A stretch of 64,000 bases of DNA from contig CP060761.1 in NCBI GenBank assembly GCA_023205875.1, positions 1 through 64,000 on the forward strand, written 5' to 3'. Below the pieces are notes generated by a model that searched no databases, was not told the DNA's origin, and saw nothing but the letters and a program-made list of their open reading frames with translations. The stretch's first letter is position 1, and each line of letters starts with the position of its first letter. Of this stretch, positions 1 to 11,400 are shown piece after piece. The position numbers and the translations under genes are program-made. The stretch is from Chloropicon primus. Lineage: Eukaryota.

Positions 1-218
1 GCCTAAGGCCTAAAGGCCTGGGCCTGGGCCTAAGGCCTGGCCTAAGGCCTGGGCCTGGAGCCTAAGGCCTGGGCCTAAGGCCTAGGCCTAAAGCCTAAGG
101 CCTAAGGCCTAAAGGCCTAAAACCTAAAACCTAAAACCTAAAACCTAACAACCTAACAACCTAACAACCTAACAACCTAACAACCTAACAACCTACAAAC
201 CTACAATCCTAAACCTAA
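1..218 (+). repeat. Telomeric/telomere-variant repeat tract at the chromosome end (C-rich strand)
   Basis: 4 perfect CCTAAAA units at 116-143 and 6 CCTAACAA units at 144-191, followed by degenerate CCTACAAA/CCTACAAT/CCTAAA. Positions 1-115 are irregular CCTAAGG/CCTAAAGG/CCTGGG variants. A C-rich strand at the window's 5' end is the expected orientation for a left telomere (G strand TTTTAGG). Confidence 0.85.
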
Positions 219-912
219 GGAAGGACGACCTGGCCAAGGAAAGGAGCCGGAGAACAAAAGAAGCCTAAGAGAAAGACACCGTCGCATCATCCAACCTTTC
301 CATGGTGCCTCCAAGCCACCGCGTTTCCTAAATCCTTGGGAGTCCTAAAACCTAACGCCTAAAAGGCCCTCTCGTGGGTCCGAAGTGCCTTGAGTAGGGT
401 TTGCCCGAGGAAGGAAGGAAGGACGACCTGGCCAAGGAAAGGAGCCGGAGAACAAAAGAAGCCTAAGAGAAAGACACCGTCGCATCATCCAAGCTTGCCG
501 TGGTGCCTCCGAGTCACCGCGTTTCCTAAAGCCTTGGGAGTCCTAAAACCTAACGCCTAAAAGGCCCTCTCGTGGGTCCGAAGTGCCTTGAGTAGGGTTT
601 GCCCGAGGAAGAAAGGAAGGACGACCTGGCCAAGGAAAGGAGCCGGAGAACAAAAGAAGCCTAGGAGAAAGACACCGTCGCATCATCCAAGCTTGCCGTG
701 GTGCCTCCGAGTCACCGCGTTTCCTAAAGCCTTGGGAGTCCTAAAACCTAACGCCTAAAAGGCCCTCTCGTGGGTCCGAAGTGCCTTGAGTAGGGTTTGC
801 CCGAGGAAGAAGGAAGGACGACCTGGCCAAGGAAAGGAGCCGGAGAACAAAAGAAGCCTAAGAGAAAGGCACCGCCGCATCATACAAGCTTTCCGTGGTG
901 CCTCCAAGCCTA
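219..912. repeat. Subtelomeric tandem satellite, ~198-bp unit, ~3.5 copies
   Basis: AAGGACGACCTGGCCAAGGAAAGGAGCCGGAGAACAAAAGAAGCC recurs at 221, 419, 617 and 814 (periods 198, 198, 197). Copies are near-identical, and each full copy carries an internal telomere-like CCTAAAACCTAA. Confidence 0.95.
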
Positions 913-2462
913 AACCGCATGTTTTCCTTCTGGTATAGGTTTAAGTGTGATCTGGGTTTTAGTCGGCCCTAAACCAGGTCGCATAAGACGACGGATTCCA
1001 GCAGAAGAGTGGATCAGGGTAAGGTTTACGATTGGACCTCGTTATTCTCTGGTGCCCTAGATTGCACTCCACCCGGAACAGGTCTCTCCATCACGGACTC
1101 CATTCACATAACATCATCATCATCCATGGAGGTCTGTGGTTTGGGTTTTAGTGGTCCGACAGATGGACCTGTACAGGTTCGACGACGACGGAAACATACA
1201 CCATATTAGAGGAGTATTCAAATATAAAATACAAGCCCCTTCTGACAAAGTTTTACAGCCATCGGACACGAACTGGATCCGTCACTCCACTATTCGTGCC
1301 AAAAAGTAGGCCCCAAAATGGACAATAATAGCTACAGAATCATATCATACACACCTACATTACACAATCAACTCAGCATGAACCAAACCAAGAGGATCCA
1401 AGCCACGAACAACTACCCACAGACACCTCTCCTCGCCTTCCCTCCTCTCCCACACTCCAGCATTGCCCCAAGAACACCTCACCTCTCCCACCCCTCGACG
1501 CCGGTGCCCGGACCCGAGCACACATCATCTGGCCCCTCCTCCCACTCATTGTCATGGTCCATGACTCATGGAGCAAGGCCACTGAGATCAACGCATTCCA
1601 ATAACCCCAATTGGGCCCCCACAGACCCAAAGACACCTCAAAATCAATCATGTGCCTCTCCGCTGGACCTCCATTAGCCCCTCCACAGGCCCTCCATCAG
1701 CTCCCCATGAGGTTCTCCAAGCCTAATCAGAAGATGCCACCAAAGTCCACCGATGAACCCAACACACAGAAGCATTCCAACACTAACATAACAACCCAAG
1801 ATCACCTCCTCACCTCCCCTCTCCTCTCCGCCATCACCCAGCAGGCTGGGCTTGGGCGTGGTGATTCACCATGCATTGTGTCAGCCCCCGGGCCGGGGCC
1901 ATGGAGCAGAAGAACTACTGAAGGGGCACGAACAAGTCACCCAAAACCACAGAGATGCCCTTCGACCCACTCATTGCCCCCAACATTCTCCTCCCCTCCC
2001 CTCCCACACTCCTGCATTGCCCCAAACAGCCTCCTCCCTCTCCCTCGACGGCGGTGCGGGTGGGCTGCCCCTTGTCCCATCCCATCTGTGCCTCTCTCCT
2101 GGCCACCCTCAGCCCAAGCAAACCTCTTGGAACCTTGGCAAAGCAAACGCATGAAGCGCCTCTGCATTCCTTGGGGACCTCAAGTTGGGGTTAGGGCCTG
2201 GTTCCTTTGGGCATCCGATGTGAGTGACCCAACCGGGGCTTCGCCTGGTCGCGGCTCGCGCGTCGTCGGGTCGGTCGGATGGGGTCGGGGCTCGTGAAGA
2301 TCGAGTTGAGGACGCAGGGGTAGAGAGTGCAGAAGTAAATAGAAAAGATCTAATATTATTAAAATAGGATTCTACTTAGGAAAATTTGTTAGTTTAATTT
2401 TTTTATCATCATAACGCCTTTCATTCTCTTGATGAAGGCTTGGGCGTAAAACTTTTCACGCT

Positions 2463-5400
2463 CTACTTCTTCTCATTTCTCAACTTGGCAATAGCCTTGA
2501 GCTTCATGCGGGCCTTCTGCCACTCAGGTGCAGCGGTAGTTGTGCTCGTCCTCGATCTTCTGAAAGAATGGAGCTTCTCCACGCTCCTGAGCTTGGAGCG
2601 AGCCTGGTTGATGAGCTTGCAGAAGTCAGACTTCTCATCCGTGGACATGCTGCTGTTGAGCAGAGTTCCTTGCTCGATCTTGTTCAAGCTCTGCTTCAAG
2701 ATATGAAGCTTGTCAGAGGTGAGCTGCTGGGTGTTGCCCTCCTTGCTGACCACCTCATCCTGGCTGTCAACGAGCGTGGTACTCAGCTCCTGCCAGGTGT
2801 GCATCGCAAACTCAAGATCCCTTTCCGTGGTAGTCTCAACGACACTCTGAGAAAGCTGCGAGATGGAAGCTTCAAACTCCTTTCCAAGCAACTCCATGCT
2901 TTCCTCGATACTGCTCTCAGACACGTTTGCGGTCTGCTTCGTGCTTGTGCTGTAAAGAGGGTTGCTGTAAGCAGACGAAGAGATGTTCTTGCTCCTGCCG
3001 TCGTCAAGAAGCTCGCTACCCTCGCCGTCACTTCCTTGTGGCGACTCGGCTATGGATGGCATAATGTTCTCGTCCTCCTCTTCCTTGTCGAACAGAGGGT
3101 TGGACAAGAAAGACATTCTGGCACCAGACTTCATAGCAATCGTGCTCTTCCTGGACTTTCCTCCAGAAAGTCCGAACATAGGGTTCATCAAAAGCATGCT
3201 CTGTCTCGAGTTTGGCTCGGACTTGTTGGATCCCTGGCTCACCGCAGAATACTGGGCGGAGCTTGGAGCAGCATTGCTCTCTCTCTTTCTCTTCTGCCTG
3301 ACGTACACGAAGGCAAGTCCCATCATGCAGCAGACGGCTGCACCGACGATGCCACCGACCATGACCATGGAAACGGAAGCAGTGGAAACCTCGCCCTCGG
3401 CGTCTCCGGTCTCGGACTCGAGCTTTCCGCCTTCCGTCTCCTCGACCTCGGAGGACGTCGTATCGCTTCCGTCGTGCGACTGGCCATCTTCAGAGTCTTG
3501 TCCCTCGCCATCAGAGTTAGAATCTTCATCATCCGTCACAACGCCAGACCCATCTGTCGAGTTCGAGGCTGGAGGTGGTGGCGGCGGCGACAGCTGCTCG
3601 CACCCGCTTGTGGTACAAGACTGGAAGTCCTGCGTGTAAGCACACTCCTTTCCATTGTTTTCGGCTGAGCTGACGATGTTGAAAAGTCTGCATCTAGTGT
3701 AGAGTCCAACGCCGGCATCCAGCTTGCATTCACCGTAGTCAGAGAATTCTCCAACGCAATCCACTGGAGCTCCGCATCCCTGGGAGGAGCACTTGAGCTC
3801 GTTGTGAGTGTAGTCACACTGCGTTCCGTTGTATGCGCTTGGTACAGAAACTTCGTACCTCCTGCACTTGACGTTCTCCTCAGCAATAGTATCGAACCAG
3901 CATCCGCCTTGGTCCATCCATTTGCCAACACAGTCCACTGGCTGAGAGCATTCCTCGTTGGTGCACTGCTTGAGGTTGTCCACGAATGGACAGGCAAAAC
4001 CGTTGTGAGCAGCGTTGGTGCTGATCTTGTAGTGCCTGCACTTCTTGTTCTTGTGGTTCTCCTCATCGTAGAAGCACTCGTCATACTTGTCCCAAGCTCC
4101 GACGCAGTCGACAGGCTGCGTGCAACCGCTCACAGTGCACTGCACATAGCTATCAGCGTATGGGCAAGCATATCCACTGTGGGCAGCAGCTCTCTCAACC
4201 TCGTAGGTGCGGCATCTCTTGTTCTTGTGAGACTCGGCGTCATGGGTGCACACACCATAGTCGCCCCATTGTCCCAAGCAGTCCACTGGCTGGGCGCAGC
4301 CCTCAGTGGTGCACTGCTTGTAGGAGTTCTTGTATGGGCATCCGTAACCGTTGTGTGCGGCACTCGTGCTGACAGAGTAAGTCCTGCACCTCCTGTTCTT
4401 GTGGTCGTTCGTGTCGTGGAAGCAGGCGCCGTAGGCACCCCAGTCTCCAACACAGTCCACAGGCTGCTCGCAGTTCTCTTGCTCGCATTCCACAAGCCCA
4501 TCCTTGAATGGACACTGAGTGCCTCCCAAGTCCGCCTTGGTGCTGACAAGATAGGTTCTGCACCTCTCGTTCTTGTGATCAGCAGCAACGTGGTTGCAGC
4601 TGCCGTACGTAGTCCACTCGCCCTCGCAGTCCACAGGCTGGCCGCAGCCGCTCTTGGTGCATTGCTTGAGCTTGTCCTCGTGTGGGCAAGCAAAACCGTT
4701 GTTGGCGGCAGCCTGGCTCACACTGTACACGCGGCAGCGCTCGTTCTCGTGATCGTTCTCGTCGTAGTGGCAGGCATCGTAGTCACCCCAAGATCCGACG
4801 CAGTCCACAGGCTGGGCGCACTCCTCGGTGGTGCACTGCTCGAACTCGTTGGCGTATGGGCAAGCATAACCGTTGTGAGTCGAAGGCACGGCAACCTTGT
4901 ACAGTCTGCACCTTTTGTTCTTGTGCTCCTCGGTATCGTGGTAGCACTCGGCATACTCGTCCCAGGCTCCGACGCAGTCAACAGGCTGGACGCAGAGCTC
5001 GGTGCTGCACTGGATGTAACTGTCAGTGTATGGGCAAGCATATCCATTGTGGGCAGCAGACCTCTCAACCTCGTAAGTCCTGCACTTCTTGTTCTTGTGA
5101 GAGTCATCATCATGAATGCAAGATCCCCACTTGGACCATTCTCCCAAGCAGTCCACAGGCTGAGAGCAGCCCTCAGTGGTGCACTGCTTGTAGGTGTTCT
5201 TGTATGGGCATCCATAACCGTTGTGGGCGGCAAGGGTGCTGACAACGTAGTGCCTGCACCTCCTGTTCTGGTGATCGTCGCTGTCATGGAAGCAAGAGCC
5301 ATAAGGACCCCAGTCTCCAACACAGTCAACAGGCTGAGAGCAGCTCTGAGTAATACACTCGATCTTGCCGTCCTTGTAAGGACAGTCCTTTCCGTTCAAT

Positions 5401-8400
5401 GCTGGGCTCGTGTTGACTTCGTAGGTTCTGCACCTCTCATTCACGTGAGTGTCATCAACGTGCTTGCAGCTGTCGAAGGAAGTCCACTCTCCCTGGCAGT
5501 CCACAGGCTGACCGCAGCCGCTCTTGGTGCACTGCTGGAGCTTGTCCTCGTGTGGGCAAGCGTAACCGCTGTTAACAGCAGGCGTGGTCACAGCGTAGAC
5601 ACGGCAGCGCTCATTATGGTGATGCAGGTCGTTGTGGCTGCAAACGCCGTACGCCTGCCAAGCACCGACGCAGTCAACAGGCTGAGAGCACTTGTCAGTA
5701 GTGCACTGCTCAAGCTCGTTGGCGTATGGGCAAGCATAACCGTTGAAGGCAGAAGGCACAGAGACCTTGTAGAGTCTGCACCTCTTGTTCTTGTGAAGCT
5801 CCTCGTCATGGAAGCACTCATCATACTCGTCCCAGGCTCCGACGCAGTCAATAGGCTGAGCGCAGCCACTCACGGTGCACTGCACATAGCTGTCAGTGTA
5901 AGCGCAAGCGTAGCCCATGTGGGCAGCAGCTCTCTCCACGACGTAGGTGCGGCATCTGGAGTTGGTATGCTGGTTCTCATTGTAGACACAATCCGTGTAA
6001 GATCCCCATTGTCCCAAGCAGTCCACTGGCTGGGCGCAGCCCTCGGTGGTGCACTGCTTGTAGGCATTGGCGTATGGGCATCCGAAACCGTTGTGCGCGA
6101 CATCGGTGCTGACGATGTAGTTTCTGCACCTCCTGTTCTTGTGGTCCTGGTCATCGTGGTAGCACATTCCGTACTCGCCCCAGTCGCCAACGCAGTCAAC
6201 TGGCTGGGTACAGGTACTGCTTTCGCACTCGACCAAACCATTCAAGTGTGGGCACTGCTTACCTCCCAAATCAGGGACAGTAGTGACCTTGTAAGCCCTG
6301 CACCTCTCGTTCTTGTGACCGTCTTCCACATGGTTACAGTTTCCGTACTCGCTCCACTCGCCCTCGCAGTCCACAGGCTGGCCGCAGCCGCTCTTGGTGC
6401 ACTGCTTGAGCTGATCCGCATGTGGGCAAGCGTAACCGTTGTTAAGAGCGCTTTGCAAAACGCTGTACACGCGGCAACGCTCGTTCTCATGCTCGTAGTT
6501 CTCGTAGTGGCAGGCATCGTAAGCACCCCAGGCTCCAACGCAGTCAACAGGCTGAGGGCACTCATCCACGGTGCACTGCTTGTACTCGTTCCTGTATGGG
6601 CAAGCATATCCGTTGTGGGTAGCAAAGACACGGACCTTGTACAACCTGCATCTCTTGTTCTTGTGAGTATCCTTGTCATAGTAGCAAGATCCATAGATGT
6701 CCCAGTCTCCCTCGCAGTCAACAGGCTGTGTGCAACCGCTCACAGTGCACTGCTGGTAGCTGTCGGCGTATGGGCAAGCATAACCACTGTGGGCAGCAGC
6801 TCTGCTCACAGCGTAAGTCCTGCACTTCTTGTTCTTGTGGGTCTTGTCGTCATGCGTGCAAGCTCCGTACTGCTCCCAAGCTCCCAAGCAGTCCACTGGC
6901 TGGGCGCAGCCCTCAGTGGTGCACTGCTTGTAGGCGTTGGCGTACGCACATCCGTAACCGTTGTGCGAAGCAGCGGTGGCGATCTTGTAGTTCCTGCACC
7001 TCCTGTTCTTGTGGTCCGCATCGTCATGGAAGCAGGCGCCGTAGGCCTCCCAGTCCCCAACGCAATCGACAGGCTGGGTACAGTCATCCGTGGTGCACTC
7101 AACCAAACCATTCAAGTGTGGGCACAGCTTGCCGTTCAAAGAAGCTGGAGTAACAACCTTATAGGTTCTGCAGTGGTCGTTCTTGTGGCCATCCTCAACG
7201 TGCTTGCAGGCATCGTAAGTTGTCCAGGCGCCCTCGCAGTCCACAGGCTGTCCGCATCCACCGGTCATGCACTGTCTTTCGTCATGCTCGAAAGGACAAG
7301 TGTAACCGTCGTTCAATGCAACCTGGGTCACACTGTACATGCGGCAACGCTCATTCGTCTCCTCCTTGCTGTTGTAATGGCATGGCTCATAGTCACCCCA
7401 AGTTCCGACGCAGTCCACTGGCTGGGCGCACTCCTCGGTGGTGCACTGCTCAAGCTCGTTGGCATATGGGCAAGCATAACCGTTGTTGGTAGCGGCGACA
7501 GAGATCTTGTACAACCTGCACCTCTTGTTGTTGTGGGCCTCGGCATCATTGAAGCACGCGGCGTACTTATCCCAGGCTCCGACGCAGTCAACAGGCTGGG
7601 CACAGCCCTCGCTTGTGCACTGACCGTAGTTGTCAGCGTACGCGCAAGCATAACCGCTGTGTGCAGCAGGTCTGCTCACAACGTAAGTTCTGCACTTCTT
7701 GTTCTTGTGGGTCTGATCGTCATGAATGCAGGCATCATATTCACTCCAAGCTCCAACGCAATCCACTGGCTGCTCGCAGCCCTCGGTGGTGCACTGCTTG
7801 TAGGCGTTCAGGTATGGGCAACCCACACCGTTGCTAGCAGCGTCAGTCGCGATGGCGTAGACTCTGCACCTCAAGTTCTTGTGCTTGTTGCTGTCGTGGA
7901 AGCAAGTGTCATAAGCACCCCAGGCTCCAACACAGTCAACAGGCTGAGAGCAGCTGTTGGTCGTGCACTCGATCTTCTTGTCCTCGAATGGGCAGGCCTT
8001 ACCGTTCAAGTCAGCATCAGTGATGACCTTGTAAGTCCTGCACTTCTCGTTCTTGTGGCCGTCCGCAACGTGCTCACAGCTTCCGTACAAGCTCCACTCG
8101 CCCTCGCAGTCCACAGGCTGGCCGCAGCCGCTCTTGGTGCAAGTCCTGAGCTTATCCTCGTGTGGGCAAACAAAACCGTTGTTCAACGCTGGCTGAGAGA
8201 CCTCGTAGACACGGCAGCGCTCGTTCTCGTGGCTGTGTTTCAGATACTCGCAAGCAGCGTACTCAGACCAGGCTCCAACGCAGTCGACAGGCTGGGCACA
8301 CTCCTCGGTGGTGCACTGCTCGAGCTTGTCGGTGTATGGGCAAGCATAACCGTTGTTGGTGGCGGCAACAGAGATCTTGTACAACCTGCACCTCTTGTTG

Positions 8401-11400
8401 TCGTGGACTTCCTTGTTGTGGAAGCAATCAGAGTAGTCATCCCAGGCTCCGACGCAGTCAACAGGCTGCACGCAAAGCTCGGTGCTGCACTGGACATAGC
8501 TGTCAGCGTATGGGCAAGTGAAACCGTTGTGGGCAGAAGCTCTGCTCACGACGTAAGTCCTGCACTTCTTGTTCTTGTGAGTATCGTCATCGTGAACACA
8601 GTCTCCGTATGTACCCCAAGCTCCCAAGCAGTCCACTGGCTGGGCGCAGCCCTCGGTGGTGCACTGCTTGTAAGCGTTGGCGTATGGGCATCCGAAACCG
8701 TTGTGGGCCACGTTGGTTGAGATGGCATAGACTCTGCACCTCCTGTTCTTGTGGTCCTCCTTGTCATGTGCGCAGGCGCTGTAGGCACCCCAGGCTCCAA
8801 CGCAATCAATAGGCTGAGAGCACTCGTCGGTACTGCACTCCACGAGTCCATCCTTGTGTGGGCACTCCTGTCCTCCGAGACCGGAATCCGCAGAAATCTT
8901 GTAGGATCTGCACTTCTGGTTCTTGTGCTGTCCATCAACGTGTGTACAGCTATCCCAGGCGCTCCACTCACCCTCGCAATCGATAGGCTGGCCGCAACCG
9001 CTCTTGGTGCAATGGTTCAAGTTGTGAGTATGAGGACATTCGTATCCGTTATGCAAGGCGGTCTGAGAAATGGTGTAGACACGGCAACGCTCGTTCTCAT
9101 GACCTTCAGAGACATACTTGCAGTCTCCGTAGTGGCTCCAGGCTCCGACACAGTCCACAGGCTGAGAGCACTCCTCCAAGGAGCACTGCTCAAGCTCATG
9201 GGTGTATGGGCAAGCATGACCATTGTTGGCCGAGGCAACAGAGATCTTGTAGGTCCTGCACTTCTTGTTCTTGTGGGCCTCCTCGTCGTGAGTGCACTGG
9301 GAGAAGTTATCCCAGGCTCCCACGCAGTCAACGGGCTGGGCGCAATCAACAGTGGTGCACTGCTCGAGCTTGTCTTCGAAAGCACATGCAATTCCATTGT
9401 GGGCAGACTCGACAGCGACTGTGTAAGTTCTGCACTTCTTGTTGTCATGCGCTTCCTTATCGTGGTAGCACTCAGAGTAGTCATCCCAGGCTCCGACGCA
9501 GTCAACAGGCTGCGTGCAAAGCTCGGTGCTGCACTGGATGTAGCTGTCAGCGTATGGGCAAGTGTAACCGTTGTGAGAAGAGGCTCTGCTCACGACGTAA
9601 GTCCTGCACTTCTTGTTCTTGTGGTCCTTCTCGTCGTGCACACAAGCTCCGTACTGCTCCCAAGCTCCCAAGCAGTCCACTGGCTGGGCGCAGCCCTCGG
9701 TGGTGCACTGCTTGTAAGCGTTGGCGTACGCACATCCGTAACCGTTGTGCGCGACATCGGTAGTGATGGCGTAGACTCTGCACCTCCTGTTCTTATGGTC
9801 TTGGACATCGTGGAAGCAGGCATCGTAAGCACCCCAGGCTCCGACGCAATCGGTTGGCTGAGAGCACTCCTCGGTGGTGCACTCGACCTTCTTGTCCTCG
9901 AATGGGCACTCGGTACCACCCAGTGCCGCCTCGGTGTTCACAACATAGGTTCTGCACCTCTCATTCTTGTGGCCAGCTTCAACATGCTTGCAGCTGCTGT
10001 ACGATTCCCAAGCTCCGACACAGTCCACAGGCTGGCCGCAGCCGCTCTTGGTGCAGTGCTTGTGCTTGTCTTCGTAAGGACAAGTGTAACCGTTGTTCAA
10101 TGCCTTTTGGCTGACGCTGTACACACGGCAACGCTCGTTCTCGTGCTCATTGTCCTTGTACAAGCATGCTCCGTAGTTGTCCCAAGCTCCGACGCAGTCG
10201 ACAGGCTGAGCGCATCCGTCGTTGGTGCACTGCTCAAGCTCGTTGGCGTATGGGCAAGCATAACCGTTGTGGGCAGCGGCGACAGAGACCTTGTACAACC
10301 TGCACCTCTTGTTCTTGTGAGCATCCTCGTCGTGGAAGCACTCGGCATAATCATCCCAGGCTCCGACGCAGTCAACAGGCTGGTCACACAAGTCAGTGCT
10401 GCACTGGATGTACATGTCAGCGTATGGGCAAGCATATCCACTGTGGGCAACAGCCCTCTCAACCTCGTAAGTCCTGCACTTCTTGTTCTTGTGCATGTCC
10501 TTGTCGTAGATGCAAGCATCGTACTCGGTCCAGGCACCCAAGCAGTCCACTGGCTGGGCGCAGCCCTCGGTGGTGCACTGCTTGTAGGCGTTCAAGTAAG
10601 CACATCCGAAACCGTTGTGCGCGGCGTTGGTGGTGATGGCATAAGTCCTGCACCTCCTGTTCTTGTGGTCATCATCGTCGTGGAAGCAGGCTCCGTACGA
10701 GCCCCAGTCTCCAACACAGTCAACAGGCTGAGAGCAGCTGTTGGTCGTGCACTCGATCTTCTTGTCCTCGAATGGGCAAGCCTTACCGCCAAAGTCCTTA
10801 ACAGTGGTGACCTTGTAAGTCCTGCACCTCTCGTTCTTGTGGCCGTCCGCAACGTGCTCACAGCTTCCGTACAAGCTCCACTCGCCCTCGCAGTCCACAG
10901 GCTGGCCGCAGCCGCTCTTGGTGCAAGTCCTGAGCTTGTCCTCGTGTGGGCAAGCATAACCGTTGTTCAACGCTGGCTGAGAGACCTCGTAGACACGGCA
11001 GCGCTCGTTCTCGTGGTCAGACACCTCGTAGCTGCACTCGCCATAAGCTCCCCAAGATCCAACGCAGTCGACAGGCTGAGCGCATCCGTCGTTGGTGCAC
11101 TGCTCAAGCTTGTCAGCGTATGGGCAAGCAAAACCGTTGTGGCCAGACGCAACAGTAACCTTGTACAACCTGCACCTCTTGTTCTCGTGGGCCTCCTCAT
11201 CGTGGTAGCACTCGGCATACTCGTCCCAGGCTCCGACGCAGTCCACTGGCTGCGTGCACAAGCTGGTGCTGCACTGGATGTAGCTGTCGGCGTATGGGCA
11301 AGTGTAACCGTTATGAGAAGAGGCTCTGCTCACGACGTAAGTCCTGCACTTCTTGTTCTTGTGGTCCTTCTCGTCGTGGATGCAAGCACCGTACTCCTCC

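Noticed and set aside
1..115. GGCCT/CCTGGG-rich distal repeats as a novel palindromic telomere type
   Set aside because: Irregular and located at the low-coverage contig tip. AA-to-GG miscalls in C-strand telomere repeats are a known nanopore basecalling artefact, so this cannot be supported without raw reads.
219..912. CRISPR-like array
   Set aside because: Whole 198-bp units repeat with no unique spacers; eukaryotic context and no cas genes.
1009..2297. Pro/Ser/His-rich ORFs in the subtelomeric spacer
   Set aside because: Their composition simply reflects the C-rich strand skew; no domains or host-like codon bias.
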